NCBI GenBank assembly: GCA_043821445.1
Contig: JBDRCT010000010.1
Location: forward strand, 566-64,565
Direction of reading: 5' to 3'
DNA from: Candidatus Omnitrophota bacterium
GTDB taxonomy: Bacteria; Omnitrophota; Omnitrophia; Omnitrophales; Aquincolibacteriaceae
DNA length: 64,000 bases
Positions 49,683 to 59,419 of the stretch are shown one piece after another (positions within the stretch are counted from its first letter, which is position 1; every line of letters starts with the position of its first letter). Made by a program: the position numbers and the translations under genes. Under the pieces are notes generated by a model. It searched no databases. It worked only from the letters and a program-made list of their open reading frames with translations, and had not been told where the DNA came from.

Positions 49683-51617
49683 ATGGCAAAGATCTTAGGC
49701 ATTGACTTAGGAACGACCAATTCATGTATGGCGATCATCGAGGGCGGCGAGCCCAAGGTCATCGAAAACCAGGAAGGCAACCGCACCACGCCCTCGGTCG
49801 TCGCATTCACCAAGACCGGTGAGCAGCTGGTGGGGCAAACGGCCAAGCGCCAGGCGATCACGAATTCAGAGAACACCATCTTCAGCGCCAAGCGTTTCAT
49901 CGGACGCCGCCAGGAAGAGGCGACCCACGAGGCCCAGTTGGTCCCGTTCAAGGTGAAACCCGGCAAACACGGCGAAGCGGTCTTCAATATCCCTCAGGAA
50001 AAACGGGATTACACGCCGCCGGAGATCTCCGCGAAAGTCCTTCAGAAACTCAAGGCCGACGCGGAAATGTATCTCGGGGAGCCCATCAAGCAGGCGGTCA
50101 TCACCGTCCCCGCATATTTTAACGACTCCCAGCGCCAGGCCACCAAGGACGCAGGACAGATCGCGGGCCTCGAAGTGCTGCGGATCATCAATGAACCGAC
50201 CGCGGCCGCGCTCGCGTACGGTCTGGACAAGAAAAAGGACGAGACCATCGCGGTCTACGACTTGGGCGGCGGAACGTTCGATATCTCCATCCTGGAGATC
50301 GGGGAAGGCGTCTTCGAAGTGAAGGCCACGAACGGCGACACGCATTTGGGCGGCGATGATTTCGACCAGAAGGTCATCGATTGGCTCATCGCGGAGTTCA
50401 AAAAGACCGACGGCATCGACCTTTCGAAGGACCGTATGGCCATTCAGCGTCTCAAAGAAGCCGCGGAAAAAGCAAAGTGCGAGCTCTCCACGGCGCAGAG
50501 CACGGAGATCAACCTGCCGTTCATCACGGCCGATGCCTCCGGGCCCAAGCACCTTCTTTTGACGCTCACACGCGCGAAACTCGAACAGTTGGTCGCAGAC
50601 CTGGTCGAACGCACCGTTGCGCCTTGCTTACAAGCGATGAAGGACGCGGGCGTGAAACCCGACGATATTGATGAAGTGATCCTGGTGGGTGGTATGACCC
50701 GCATGCCGGCCGTGGTCCAAAAGGCGAAGGACCTTTTCAAAAAGGTCCCGCACCAGGGCGTGAATCCGGATGAAGTGGTGGCGGTCGGCGCCGCGATCCA
50801 AGGCGGCGTTCTGAAAGGGGACGTGAAGGACATTCTTCTCCTGGATGTGACCCCGCTTTCACTCGGCATCGAAACGCTGGGCGGTGTCATGACCAAGCTG
50901 ATCGAACGCAATACCACGATCCCGACCCGGAAATCCGAGATCTTCTCGACCGCCGCGGACAATCAGACCGCCGTGACCGTGAAGGTCCTGCAGGGAGAGC
51001 GTGAAATGGCCGCGAATAACCGCGTGCTCGGGCTCTTCAATCTGGAAGGCATTCCGCCCGCGCCCCGCGGTGTTCCGCAGATCGAAGTGACCTTTGACAT
51101 CGACGCGAACGGCATCGTTCACGTATCGGCCAAAGACCTCGGCACGGGCAAGGAACAGAAGATCCGCATCGAATCTTCGTCCGGGCTCTCCAAAGAAGAG
51201 GTCGAAAAACTCGTCAAGGAAGGCCAGGCCCATGCGGACGAGGACAAGCAGAAACATGAGGTGATCACGGCGCGTAACCAGCTGGACAACCTCATCTACG
51301 CGACCGAGAAGACCCTGAAGGAACACGGGGACAAGGTCTCGGAAGATGAGAAAAAGAAAGTCGAAGAGGCCTTGAAGGAAGCGAAGGCGGCGCTCACAAG
51401 TGAATCCAAAGACGAGCTGGACCAAGCGGCCCAGAAACTCGGCACCGCGTCGCATACGATCGCGCAAAAGATGTATGAGGAAGCCGCCCAAAAAGCGGGG
51501 AATAAAGGCGCAGGTGCGGCGGGTCCCAGGGCCGAAGGGAAAAAGGACGACGGCGTCGTGGACGCGGATTACGAAGTCGTCGATGACGAGGAAAAGAAAA
51601 AAAAGAAAGAAGAATAA
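49683..51617 (+). CDS. dnaK: Molecular chaperone DnaK
   Basis: [69 protein letters not shown]. Confidence 0.99.
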   Translation: MAKILGIDLGTTNSCMAIIEGGEPKVIENQEGNRTTPSVVAFTKTGEQLVGQTAKRQAITNSENTIFSAKRFIGRRQEEATHEAQLVPFKVKPGKHGEAVFNIPQEKRDYTPPEISAKVLQKLKADAEMYLGEPIKQAVITVPAYFNDSQRQATKDAGQIAGLEVLRIINEPTAAALAYGLDKKKDETIAVYDLGGGTFDISILEIGEGVFEVKATNGDTHLGGDDFDQKVIDWLIAEFKKTDGIDLSKDRMAIQRLKEAAEKAKCELSTAQSTEINLPFITADASGPKHLLLTLTRAKLEQLVADLVERTVAPCLQAMKDAGVKPDDIDEVILVGGMTRMPAVVQKAKDLFKKVPHQGVNPDEVVAVGAAIQGGVLKGDVKDILLLDVTPLSLGIETLGGVMTKLIERNTTIPTRKSEIFSTAADNQTAVTVKVLQGEREMAANNRVLGLFNLEGIPPAPRGVPQIEVTFDIDANGIVHVSAKDLGTGKEQKIRIESSSGLSKEEVEKLVKEGQAHADEDKQKHEVITARNQLDNLIYATEKTLKEHGDKVSEDEKKKVEEALKEAKAALTSESKDELDQAAQKLGTASHTIAQKMYEEAAQKAGNKGAGAAGPRAEGKKDDGVVDADYEVVDDEEKKKKKEE

Positions 51618-51640
51618 AAACGAACGGCGGTTGGAGGATG

Positions 51641-51722
51641 GCGGTCCCAATACCGATCAATCGAAGCGTAGCCGAGATTGGGGCCGTCCCAATTATCATT
51701 TTTGAAAAAAAAACTGGGACGG
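51641..51722 (-). repeat. Double-hairpin dispersed element, copy 4
   Basis: GCGGTCCCAATACCGATCAATCGAAGCGTAGCCGAGATTGGGGCCGTCC (closely similar to 56672-56720) plus a CCGTCCCA/TGGGACGG stem. Confidence 0.8.
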
Positions 51723-51744
51723 AAGGCGTTCAAACCCTTCCGTC
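51718..51744 (+). terminator. Possible terminator hairpin after dnaK
   Basis: GACGGAAGG-N9-CCTTCCGTC perfect 9-bp stem; weak U-tract. Confidence 0.35.
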
Positions 51745-51783
51745 AGCCTCATTTTCTCAAGAAGTGAAAGGAGAGTAAATGCT

Positions 51784-52650
51784 ATGGCGATCGATCGCAG
51801 GCATTATACCTTTCTTTTCGTAATTTTCATGGTAATGGTCTTTGCGGTCCCGGGTTTTGCGACCCCGCGACTCAAGATCGAGCCTCCCGCCAAGCAGATC
51901 GCCCCCGGAAAAAGCGTGGTCCTGAAGATCCAACTCGAGTGGCCGCGGGAAGAAGGTTCGTACGAGTTCAACTCCCTTGAGCCGAAGCTTGAAAATCTGA
52001 CGCTTGTGGACCAGCGCCAATCGCAGGAAATCGGCGCGACCGTTTCTCAAACCTTTCTCTATGAGTTCCGGCCCATTCAGATCGGGCCTGCCGTCATTCA
52101 CCCTTTTGAGATCAGTTATCGCCAGGGTGACATGGAGCCGTGGATCCCCATGCTTGTCCCGGAACATCAGATCAAGGTGGTTTCAAATCTTCCTATCAGG
52201 GTAGCCTTGATCGGGTCGGGCATCGTAGCCGGACTTTTGATAGCGCTCTTCGTGGGCCTCAAGCAATGGGAACGCTGGAAGCTCTGGGTGGCTGCCAAAC
52301 GCGTTCCTCCGGTCGATCCGAAGCAGCAGATCTATAAACAAGCGGAAGAAGCTATCATGAATTTCACTTCTCCCTATCCCAAAGAGAAAATAACCCACTG
52401 GGCTGATCAGTTCCGGACCGTGGTCGAGACCTATTATGATGTTTCCAGCGTCGCCAGCCCCACCGATATCCTCTCATTCCTGAAGGTCAAAGGGATCCCG
52501 GCAGGGGAGCGGAACGAGATCTCCAGGATCTTCGGAGAGTTGACCGAAATGCAGTTCGCGCGACACGACATCTCGGATTACGATCTCGACAAGCTGGAAA
52601 GGAGCCTCTTGCAATATGTAACGAGCAAGATTATCATGGGTGCCCTGTAG
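51784..52650 (+). CDS. Exported, membrane-anchored BatD-like protein
   Basis: Signal peptide, beta-rich domain (G....I.P..I.Y), TM helix and cytoplasmic helical tail; same layout as 54648..55601; heads the MoxR operon. Confidence 0.65.
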   Translation: MAIDRRHYTFLFVIFMVMVFAVPGFATPRLKIEPPAKQIAPGKSVVLKIQLEWPREEGSYEFNSLEPKLENLTLVDQRQSQEIGATVSQTFLYEFRPIQIGPAVIHPFEISYRQGDMEPWIPMLVPEHQIKVVSNLPIRVALIGSGIVAGLLIALFVGLKQWERWKLWVAAKRVPPVDPKQQIYKQAEEAIMNFTSPYPKEKITHWADQFRTVVETYYDVSSVASPTDILSFLKVKGIPAGERNEISRIFGELTEMQFARHDISDYDLDKLERSLLQYVTSKIIMGAL

Positions 52651-52698
52651 TTTTAAAAACGATCCCTGTCATCCCGTCCGCCACAACATGATCAACCT

Positions 52699-53709
52699 AT
52701 GAATGAGAAGGAGAATTTTATGGATAACTCGATCCAAGAAGTGAACGCTAAGATCCGTGATGCCAGCTCATCCTTAAAAGACCTCACCCGGGAGATCGGA
52801 AAGGTCATCGTCGGTCAGCAATACCTTGTGGACCGGCTCCTCATGGCCCTTTTGGCGGACGGACACATCTTGATCGAGGGGGTCCCGGGACTTGCCAAAA
52901 CGCTTTCGGTCAGGACACTTTCCCAGGCCATTAACGCTCAATTTCAGCGCATCCAGTTCACCCCCGACCTCCTGCCGGCGGACGTGGTCGGTACCTTGGT
53001 CTATAACCCCAAGGACGGCAATTTTACGACCAAAAAAGGCCCTATTTTCACGAATATCGTCCTGGCGGATGAGATCAACCGGGCGCCCTCCAAGGTCCAA
53101 AGCGCGCTCCTGGAGGCCATGCAGGAACGCCAGGTCACGATCGGTAACGAGACCTTCGCCCTCCCGGTTCCTTTCCTCGTCCTCGCCACCCAGAACCCCA
53201 TCGAGCAGGAGGGGACTTACCCTCTTCCCGAAGCCCAGGTCGACCGCTTTATGCTGAAACTTGTCGTCAGTTACCCGAGCAAAAAAGAAGAAAAAGAGAT
53301 CCTGGAGCGCATGGCGAGCGGAAAACTCATCAAGGTCAGTCCCGTGCTGAGTATCGAACGGATCATGGAGTTACGCCAATTGATGCACCAGATCTATATC
53401 GATGAAAAAGTGAAAGATTATATCCTCGACCTTGTGTTCGCGACGCGCAACCCCCAGGATTACAAACTTGCGGACCTAAAGCCGCTCATTGCCTACGGGG
53501 CTTCACCACGCGCGAGCATTATGTTGACCCTGGCCGCCAAGGCCAACGCCTTTCTCCAGGGCCGCGGTTACGTGACCCCCGACGACGTTAAACAGATCGG
53601 CCCCGACGTCCTGCGGCATCGCGTGCTCGTGACCTACGAGGCGGAGGCCGAGGACACAACGTCGGACGACATCGTCAAAAAGATCTTCGATCAGATCGAA
53701 GTCCCGTAG
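52699..53709 (+). CDS. moxR: MoxR family AAA+ ATPase
   Basis: GHILIEGVPGLAKT, RIQFTPDLLPAD, LADEINRAP.KVQSALLEAMQE, ATQNPIEQEGTYPLPEAQ.DRF, GASPRA; start 52699 or 52720. Confidence 0.96.
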   Translation: MNEKENFMDNSIQEVNAKIRDASSSLKDLTREIGKVIVGQQYLVDRLLMALLADGHILIEGVPGLAKTLSVRTLSQAINAQFQRIQFTPDLLPADVVGTLVYNPKDGNFTTKKGPIFTNIVLADEINRAPSKVQSALLEAMQERQVTIGNETFALPVPFLVLATQNPIEQEGTYPLPEAQVDRFMLKLVVSYPSKKEEKEILERMASGKLIKVSPVLSIERIMELRQLMHQIYIDEKVKDYILDLVFATRNPQDYKLADLKPLIAYGASPRASIMLTLAAKANAFLQGRGYVTPDDVKQIGPDVLRHRVLVTYEAEAEDTTSDDIVKKIFDQIEVP

Positions 53710-53778
53710 CGCTGCTGGGACTTCAGCAGAACGCCTGTTTTTTCAAAAAAATATCCAAAAGAAAAGGTTTCTCACGGG

Positions 53779-54651
53779 ATGATCCTCGCCTCACTCCTGA
53801 AGAAAGTCAGGAAGATCGAAATTCGCACGACCCGGCTGGTCAATGACCTCTTCGGAGGGGAGTACGAATCCGTCTTTAAAGGCCAGGGGATCGAGTTCGC
53901 GGACGTCCGGGAATACGTGCCGGGCGACGATATCCGGACGATCGATTGGAACGTCACGGCGCGTTCGCTCCATCCCTTCGTCAAAAAATTCGTCGAGACC
54001 CGCGAACTCACGGTGCTTTTCGCCGTCGACATGTCCGGCTCGCAATATTTCGGCTCCACGGACAAGCTCAAATCCGAGATCGCGGCCGAGATCACGGCTG
54101 TTCTCGCCTTTTCCGCCGTCAAGAATAACGACAAGACCGGACTCCTCATCGTCACCGAGGGCGTCGAGAAATTCATCCCGGTCAAGAAGGGGAGGAACCA
54201 TGCCCTCCGCGTCATCCGCGAAGTCCTCGGATATCAGCCCAAGAAAAAGAAAACCCAACTTGCCGGGGCCCTGGAGTATCTTTACCGGGTCCAGACACGG
54301 ACCTCGGTCATTTTCCTGATCTCGGACTTTATGGACGAAGGCTATGAAAAAGCTCTGAAGATCCTCAGCCGGAAACACGACGTGATCGCCATCCATCTCC
54401 ATGACCCGCTCGAGCAACAATTCCCGAAGGTCGGACTGGTGGAACTGGCGGACCGGGAAAGCGGGGAGACCTTGCTGGTCGATACGACTTCCTCCCAGTT
54501 CCAAAACCGGTTCCGCCAAACGGCCGACGCAAAACAGGCCGCCCTCGAAAAACTCTTCAAAAGCCTGCAGATCGATTGCATCGATATCCCGGCCAACACC
54601 TCCTATGTCGAGCCGCTTTTCAAATTCTTCAAGAGCAGGGAACGCAAATGA
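53779..54651 (+). CDS. DUF58 (vWA-like) protein
   Basis: S.FKGQG.EF..VREY.PGDD.R.IDWNVTAR, D.SGS..FGS, FLISDF. Confidence 0.93.
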   Translation: MILASLLKKVRKIEIRTTRLVNDLFGGEYESVFKGQGIEFADVREYVPGDDIRTIDWNVTARSLHPFVKKFVETRELTVLFAVDMSGSQYFGSTDKLKSEIAAEITAVLAFSAVKNNDKTGLLIVTEGVEKFIPVKKGRNHALRVIREVLGYQPKKKKTQLAGALEYLYRVQTRTSVIFLISDFMDEGYEKALKILSRKHDVIAIHLHDPLEQQFPKVGLVELADRESGETLLVDTTSSQFQNRFRQTADAKQAALEKLFKSLQIDCIDIPANTSYVEPLFKFFKSRERK

Positions 54652-55601
54652 AAAAGAAGGCGTTCCTTTTCTTCGCGCTTCTCTCTGTCGCGGCTTCCTC
54701 CGGCCCGTGTCTTGCGGCCGGGGCCGATGACATTCGCGTCAAGGCCGAGGTTAACAAGGCGTTCCTCACGATCGGGGATCCGGTCACCTACACCGTCACG
54801 GTCGAACACGCCCCGGATATCAAGGTCCTTTCCAGTATCCCGGCACCTTCTTCGGATTTTCTTGAGATCAAAAAGGTCGAAGACATCGACAAAAAACAAA
54901 AGAAAAAGATCCTGACGGGCCGCAAATTCACCCTCACGTCCTACCGGCTCGGAGAATTCATCCTCGACCCCGTGACGATCAAGTACCAAAAGGACGGGCA
55001 GCCTGAGAAAAGCATTTTGACGAACAAACTCTACCTGACGGTCAAAAGCGTTTCGGGAGGGGACCCCCAGGAAGATATCCGCGACGTCAAAACCGTCGTT
55101 CCCTACAAACTGCGTATAGGAAAACTCCTCGCGGTGCTTCTCGTTCTCATGCTTCTTGTGGGCGGCTACTTCCTCTATCGCGCACTCCGCAAGAAAAAGG
55201 GCGCCTTTCAACCCGCGGTCACACCAATGACCCTCGAAGAGGAAGCCTTCATGCATCTCACGGAGCTTTTTGAATCCGATCTTCTCAAGCGCGGTTTTAT
55301 CAAGATGTATTATTTGCGCCTTTCCGAGATCTTGAGGACCTATTTCGAAAAACGTTACAAGATCCTTGCCGTGGAATCGACCACGATCGAGATCTTACGC
55401 GCCTTCCGTCCCCAGCATCTTGAGACCGGCCTTTATCAGAAGATCCAGTATGTCCTCGAAGCCGCGGATCTCGCAAAATTCGCCAAGTGGATCCCTGCGG
55501 CCCCTGAGATCCTCCAGATCAACAAGAAGGCCGAGGAGATCATCAAAGAGTCCGTTCCTGTCCCGGAGCCGGTTCCCGTCGAGGTGTCCCATGGTGTTTA
55601 G
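54648..55601 (+). CDS. Exported, membrane-anchored protein of the Bat operon
   Basis: Signal peptide, IGDP.TY, DIRDVK, TM helix, YY..LS.ILR.Y.E, ESTT.E, ADL.KFAK. Confidence 0.8.
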   Translation: MKKKAFLFFALLSVAASSGPCLAAGADDIRVKAEVNKAFLTIGDPVTYTVTVEHAPDIKVLSSIPAPSSDFLEIKKVEDIDKKQKKKILTGRKFTLTSYRLGEFILDPVTIKYQKDGQPEKSILTNKLYLTVKSVSGGDPQEDIRDVKTVVPYKLRIGKLLAVLLVLMLLVGGYFLYRALRKKKGAFQPAVTPMTLEEEAFMHLTELFESDLLKRGFIKMYYLRLSEILRTYFEKRYKILAVESTTIEILRAFRPQHLETGLYQKIQYVLEAADLAKFAKWIPAAPEILQINKKAEEIIKESVPVPEPVPVEVSHGV

Positions 55602-56571
55602 AGACCCGGCATTCTTCCTGCTTCTGCTTCTTCTGCCACTGATCTTTTGGGGGGCGAAACGGCGCGAAAGGATCGAATTCCCGTTCCCGTCCCTTGAACT
55701 TCTTAAGGGCCGGCCCGCAACACCGCGGATGTTCCTCTTCAAACTCCTGCCGCTCCTCAAGACCGTCATGTTCCTTTTTTTGATCGCCGCGCTGGCGCGT
55801 CCTTCCAGCGTTTCAAGCGACAAGGAATACCAGACCCTCGGCGTGGATATCATGATCGCGCTCGACATCTCGGGTTCCATGCTCGCCGAGGACTTCCAGC
55901 CTGAGAACCGTATCTATGTCGCCAAGCAGGAGGCCGTCAAGTTCATCCAAGGACGCGAGAACGACCGCATCGGGCTTGTGGTTTTCTCTAAGAAAGCGTT
56001 CACGCAATGTCCTCTTACCCTGGATTATCGCATCTTGACCGAATTGCTTTCCGAGATCCGGGTGGGGATGATCGCGGACGGTACCGCCATCGGCATGGGC
56101 CTCGCGACCGCGGTGAACCGTCTCCGGGACTCGAACGCCAAAAGCAAGGTCATTATCCTCATTACGGACGGCGAGAATAACGCCGGCAACATCGATCCGG
56201 TCACCGCCGCGGAGCTCGCCAAAAGTTTCGGCATCAAGGTCTACACGATCGCGGTCGGCAAGGGCGGCATGGTCCCGTTCCCGGTCGACGACCCGCTTTT
56301 CGGCAAGCGCTATGTCCAGGCCAACGTGGAGATCGACGAAACGACCCTGAAGCGCATCGCCGACATCACAGGCGGCCTTTTCTTCCGGGCCCGCGACCCC
56401 GCGTCGCTCTCTGAGATCTACGAGCGGATCAACAAACTGGAAAAAAGCGAGGTCAAGGTCAAGGAATACCGGAGTTATAACGAACTCTTTCCGTTGTTCC
56501 TCATCCCCGCGCTTTTCTTGCTCCTTTTCGAAATCATCTTGCGCCGAACCCTGCTCCTGAAGGTGCCCTGA
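55591..56571 (+). CDS. batA: vWA-domain protein, BatA-type
   Basis: ALARP, DIMIALDISGSM (MIDAS), DRIGLVVF, PLT.D, GTAIG..LA.AV.RL, ILITDGENN.G, L..IA..TGG.FFRA. Confidence 0.9.
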   Translation: MVFRDPAFFLLLLLLPLIFWGAKRRERIEFPFPSLELLKGRPATPRMFLFKLLPLLKTVMFLFLIAALARPSSVSSDKEYQTLGVDIMIALDISGSMLAEDFQPENRIYVAKQEAVKFIQGRENDRIGLVVFSKKAFTQCPLTLDYRILTELLSEIRVGMIADGTAIGMGLATAVNRLRDSNAKSKVIILITDGENNAGNIDPVTAAELAKSFGIKVYTIAVGKGGMVPFPVDDPLFGKRYVQANVEIDETTLKRIADITGGLFFRARDPASLSEIYERINKLEKSEVKVKEYRSYNELFPLFLIPALFLLLFEIILRRTLLLKVP

Positions 56572-56824
56572 TGAATATCTTTATTTTCCATAGGGTCCAT
56601 CAGGACAACACAGCCCAAGTCTTTATTTCGTTTTTATTAATGGCGACTTGGGCAGCCCCAATTTCCGCTTTGCGGTCCCAATCCCAATCAATCGAAGCGA
56701 AGCTGAGATTGGGGCCGTCCAAACTGCCATTTTGGAAAAGAAATAAAAAGTTTGGGCGGAAATTGATAAGTATTGGGACCGGCTTCCCGATGTTTTCTCT
56801 AATAGAAAGCCGGGTGCCCTGATG
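56562..56824. mobile_element. 239-bp insertion flanked by 12-bp direct repeats GGTGCCCTGATG, holding two nested double-hairpin elements (copies 5 and 6)
   Basis: Direct repeat at 56562-56573 and 56813-56824; element copies at 56613-56783 (+, split) and 56672-56759 (-, nested). Confidence 0.7.
56571..56822 (+). CDS. 83-aa repeat-derived bridging ORF (product probably non-functional)
   Basis: ATG overlaps the batA TGA and its own TGA overlaps the batB ATG; no recognisable domain. Confidence 0.35.
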   Translation: MNIFIFHRVHQDNTAQVFISFLLMATWAAPISALRSQSQSIEAKLRLGPSKLPFWKRNKKFGRKLISIGTGFPMFSLIESRVP

Positions 56825-58753
56825 CAATTCTTCCGACCGGAGTATTTCTTTTATTTGTGGCTGGTCCCGACGGTCCTGGTGTTCTATATTTTTTCGCGCA
56901 AGCTCTGGCAGAAGCGCCTTCACCGGCTGGTCCGGGATGAAGCGCTCCTTTCGAAATTGATCGAGGGCTACCGGAAAAGCGAGTGGCTTGTCCGCGCGGT
57001 CCTCATGACGCTTGCCGTGCTTTGTTTCGTGCTCGCGCTCGCGCGTCCGCAATGGGGGGATGAAAAACGTACGGCCCAGCGCAAGGGCCTGGACATCGTC
57101 TTCATGGTCGACACGTCCCTCAGCATGCTCGCCGAGGACATCAAACCCAATCGCCTCGGAAAAGCCAAATTCGAGGTCGAGACATTCATCCGTAACCTTC
57201 GCGGCGACCGCGTCGGTATGATCACTTTCGCGGGCTCGGGGTTCCTGCAGACCCCGCTCACGCTCGACCACGCCGCGTTCCTCTTGTTCCTGGACGCCGT
57301 CCAGGTGGGATTCCTGCCCGACCCCGGAACGTCGCTCACCCAGGCCATCCAACTGGCGATCCGTGCCTTTCCTCAAAAGGAACTCAAATACAAGGCCCTG
57401 GTCCTCTTTACGGACGGGGAGGACCATGGGGGCGGGATCGAAAAGGCCATCGAAGCGGCCAAGCAGGCCAATGTGAGGATCTATTGCATAGGCCTCGGGA
57501 CCGCGGAAGGAGAGCCTATCCCCCTCAAGAACGAAAAAGGGGAGCGCTCGGGATTCAAGAAGGACCGCAGCGGACAAATGGTGCTCACCCGCCTCAACAA
57601 GCCGCTTCTGGAACGGCTCGCCAGAGAAACGGGCGGGATCTATCTTCCCGCGACGCCCGGCGAGAAAGAAGTCGAGGTCATCTTAAAACACATGCGCGGA
57701 TGGGGGGAGCAGCAGTTTGCCGAAAAAGAGGTCGTGGAACGCGAAGACCAGTACCAGGTGTTCCTGATCTTCGCGTTGATCCTTCTCGTCGCCGAAATGC
57801 TGGTCCGTCGCAAAAACAGCAAAGGCCCGGACCTGATGGTCTGCCTCGCCGCTTTTTTCCTTTTTACGGGATTTCTCGAGACCTCGCAGAGCACGGTCAA
57901 AAAGGGCAACGAACATTTTCAGAACAAGCGCTATCAGTCCGCCCTGGAGGCCTACCGGAAGGTCCAGGTCAAGAAGCCCGACGCTCCGGAAGTGCTTTAT
58001 GATCTCGGAACGGCCCTTTATAAGACCGACGCCTTCCAGGAATCCGCTCAGCACCTCGAGACCGCTTCCAAGACGGCCAAGGACACGCAGCTGAAGGCCC
58101 GCGCACTCTATAACACCGGGAATGCCCAGTACCGGCTCGGGAATTTCGAGGGGGCCATTGATTCCTACAAGAAAGCCCTCGAACTGGATCCGGACGACAA
58201 AGACGCCAAATACAATCTCGAATTCCTGCAAAAGCAGAAGAACAAGATCGATAAAAAAGACCAGGAGCAGAAGAAAGAAGATCAGAAAAAGAAAGACGAG
58301 CAAAAGCAAGATCAACAGAAAAATAAGCAAGATCAGCAGAAACAAAAGGATCAGGGGCAGGGGAAGGACCAAAAGCAACAGCCCAAGCCCGATCAACAGG
58401 ATCAAGAACAACAACCCAAGCCTCAGGACCAGCAAGATCAGGAACAACAGCAACAGCAGAAAGAACAGCAGGAAAAAGAACAGCAACAGAAGGAACAGGA
58501 GCAAAAAGAAAAAGAAGAACAGCAAAAGCAGCAAGAGCAACAGAAGCAACAGAAGGAACAGGAAGAACAGCAAGAACAGAAAAGCCCTCAAGAAGAGCGT
58601 AGCGGAGAGCAAAAACGTCCGCTCCAGGGTCAAATGAGCATGGAAAATGCCCTCAACATTCTTGACGCCATGAAAGAATCCGAGAAGGAGCTCCAGGACC
58701 TTCGACGGCCGCCGGTCAACAAGAATCCGCCGCCCGTGGAAAAAGACTGGTAG
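56822..58753 (+). CDS. BatB-BatC-like fusion: vWA domain + TPR + Gln/Glu/Lys-rich tail
   Basis: ALARPQWG, D.SLSM.AED..PNRL, LFTDGEDH, TM; then TPRs (YNTGNAQY..G....AI..YKKALELDP.D.DAKYNLE), low-complexity Q/E/K tract, C-terminal EKDW. Confidence 0.88.
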   Translation: MQFFRPEYFFYLWLVPTVLVFYIFSRKLWQKRLHRLVRDEALLSKLIEGYRKSEWLVRAVLMTLAVLCFVLALARPQWGDEKRTAQRKGLDIVFMVDTSLSMLAEDIKPNRLGKAKFEVETFIRNLRGDRVGMITFAGSGFLQTPLTLDHAAFLLFLDAVQVGFLPDPGTSLTQAIQLAIRAFPQKELKYKALVLFTDGEDHGGGIEKAIEAAKQANVRIYCIGLGTAEGEPIPLKNEKGERSGFKKDRSGQMVLTRLNKPLLERLARETGGIYLPATPGEKEVEVILKHMRGWGEQQFAEKEVVEREDQYQVFLIFALILLVAEMLVRRKNSKGPDLMVCLAAFFLFTGFLETSQSTVKKGNEHFQNKRYQSALEAYRKVQVKKPDAPEVLYDLGTALYKTDAFQESAQHLETASKTAKDTQLKARALYNTGNAQYRLGNFEGAIDSYKKALELDPDDKDAKYNLEFLQKQKNKIDKKDQEQKKEDQKKKDEQKQDQQKNKQDQQKQKDQGQGKDQKQQPKPDQQDQEQQPKPQDQQDQEQQQQQKEQQEKEQQQKEQEQKEKEEQQKQQEQQKQQKEQEEQQEQKSPQEERSGEQKRPLQGQMSMENALNILDAMKESEKELQDLRRPPVNKNPPPVEKDW

Positions 58754-58847
58754 AACAGACCCGAGACCACAGACTGAAGACTCCAGACGAGACGATTTGC
58801 TTTCGGTCAGTTTCTGCTTTAGTCTACGGTCTGCAGTCTGCGGTCTC
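58754..58847. repeat. Heptamer tandem repeats (nnnAGAC x5 / GTCTnnn x4) forming an inverted pair
   Basis: AACAGAC CCGAGAC CACAGAC TGAAGAC TCCAGAC ... GTCTACG GTCTGCA GTCTGCG GTCTC. Confidence 0.8.
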
Positions 58848-58919
58848 AAAAATTGAATAAAGCTGGAAACACAGGTTCTTTTACAAAATATAAAAACAGA
58901 AAATTCTGGAGATAATCAT

Positions 58920-59366
58920 ATGAGCTTAGCGGAACAGATCGAAAAGGACGTTCTCGTGGCCATGAAGGCTAAGGATCTTGTCAAGGTATCCACCTTGCGA
59001 ATGCTCAAAAGCGCCCTCGGGAATTATCTGATCCAGGTAAAAAAGGACAAGGCGGAGGACCCGGAGGTTCTCGGGATCATCACCAAGCAGGCCAAGCAGC
59101 GCCGGGAAAGCGTCGAAAGTTTTGAGAAGGCGGGCCGCAAAGACCTGGCAGATAAGGAAAAGGCCGAACTCGCGATCTTGGAGTCCTATTTGCCGAAACA
59201 GATGACCGACGACGAACTCAGGGCAGCGGTCCAAAATGCCATTGTTTCTTCGGGCGCCAAAAGTCCCGCAGACATCGGGAAACTCATGAAGGTCCTGATG
59301 CCCGCCGTTCAAAGCAAAGCCGACGGCAAACGTGTCCAAGAAGCCGTCAAAGCCATCCTGAAATAG
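58920..59366 (+). CDS. yqeY: GatB/YqeY domain protein
   Basis: AMKAKD....STLRMLKSA, KQ.KQRRES...F..AGR.DL..KE..E..IL..YLP.Q, ADGK.V. Confidence 0.93.
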   Translation: MSLAEQIEKDVLVAMKAKDLVKVSTLRMLKSALGNYLIQVKKDKAEDPEVLGIITKQAKQRRESVESFEKAGRKDLADKEKAELAILESYLPKQMTDDELRAAVQNAIVSSGAKSPADIGKLMKVLMPAVQSKADGKRVQEAVKAILK

Positions 59367-59419
59367 CCCCAAATCACGCCAAGTTGCCCCGATCGAGCGA
59401 CTTTCTCTCCCTATAGGCT

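Noticed and set aside
57683-58849. 388-aa Leu/Phe-rich minus-strand ORF that looks like a membrane protein
   Set aside because: Antisense of the CAA/GAA/AAA-rich tract of the BatB/C gene.
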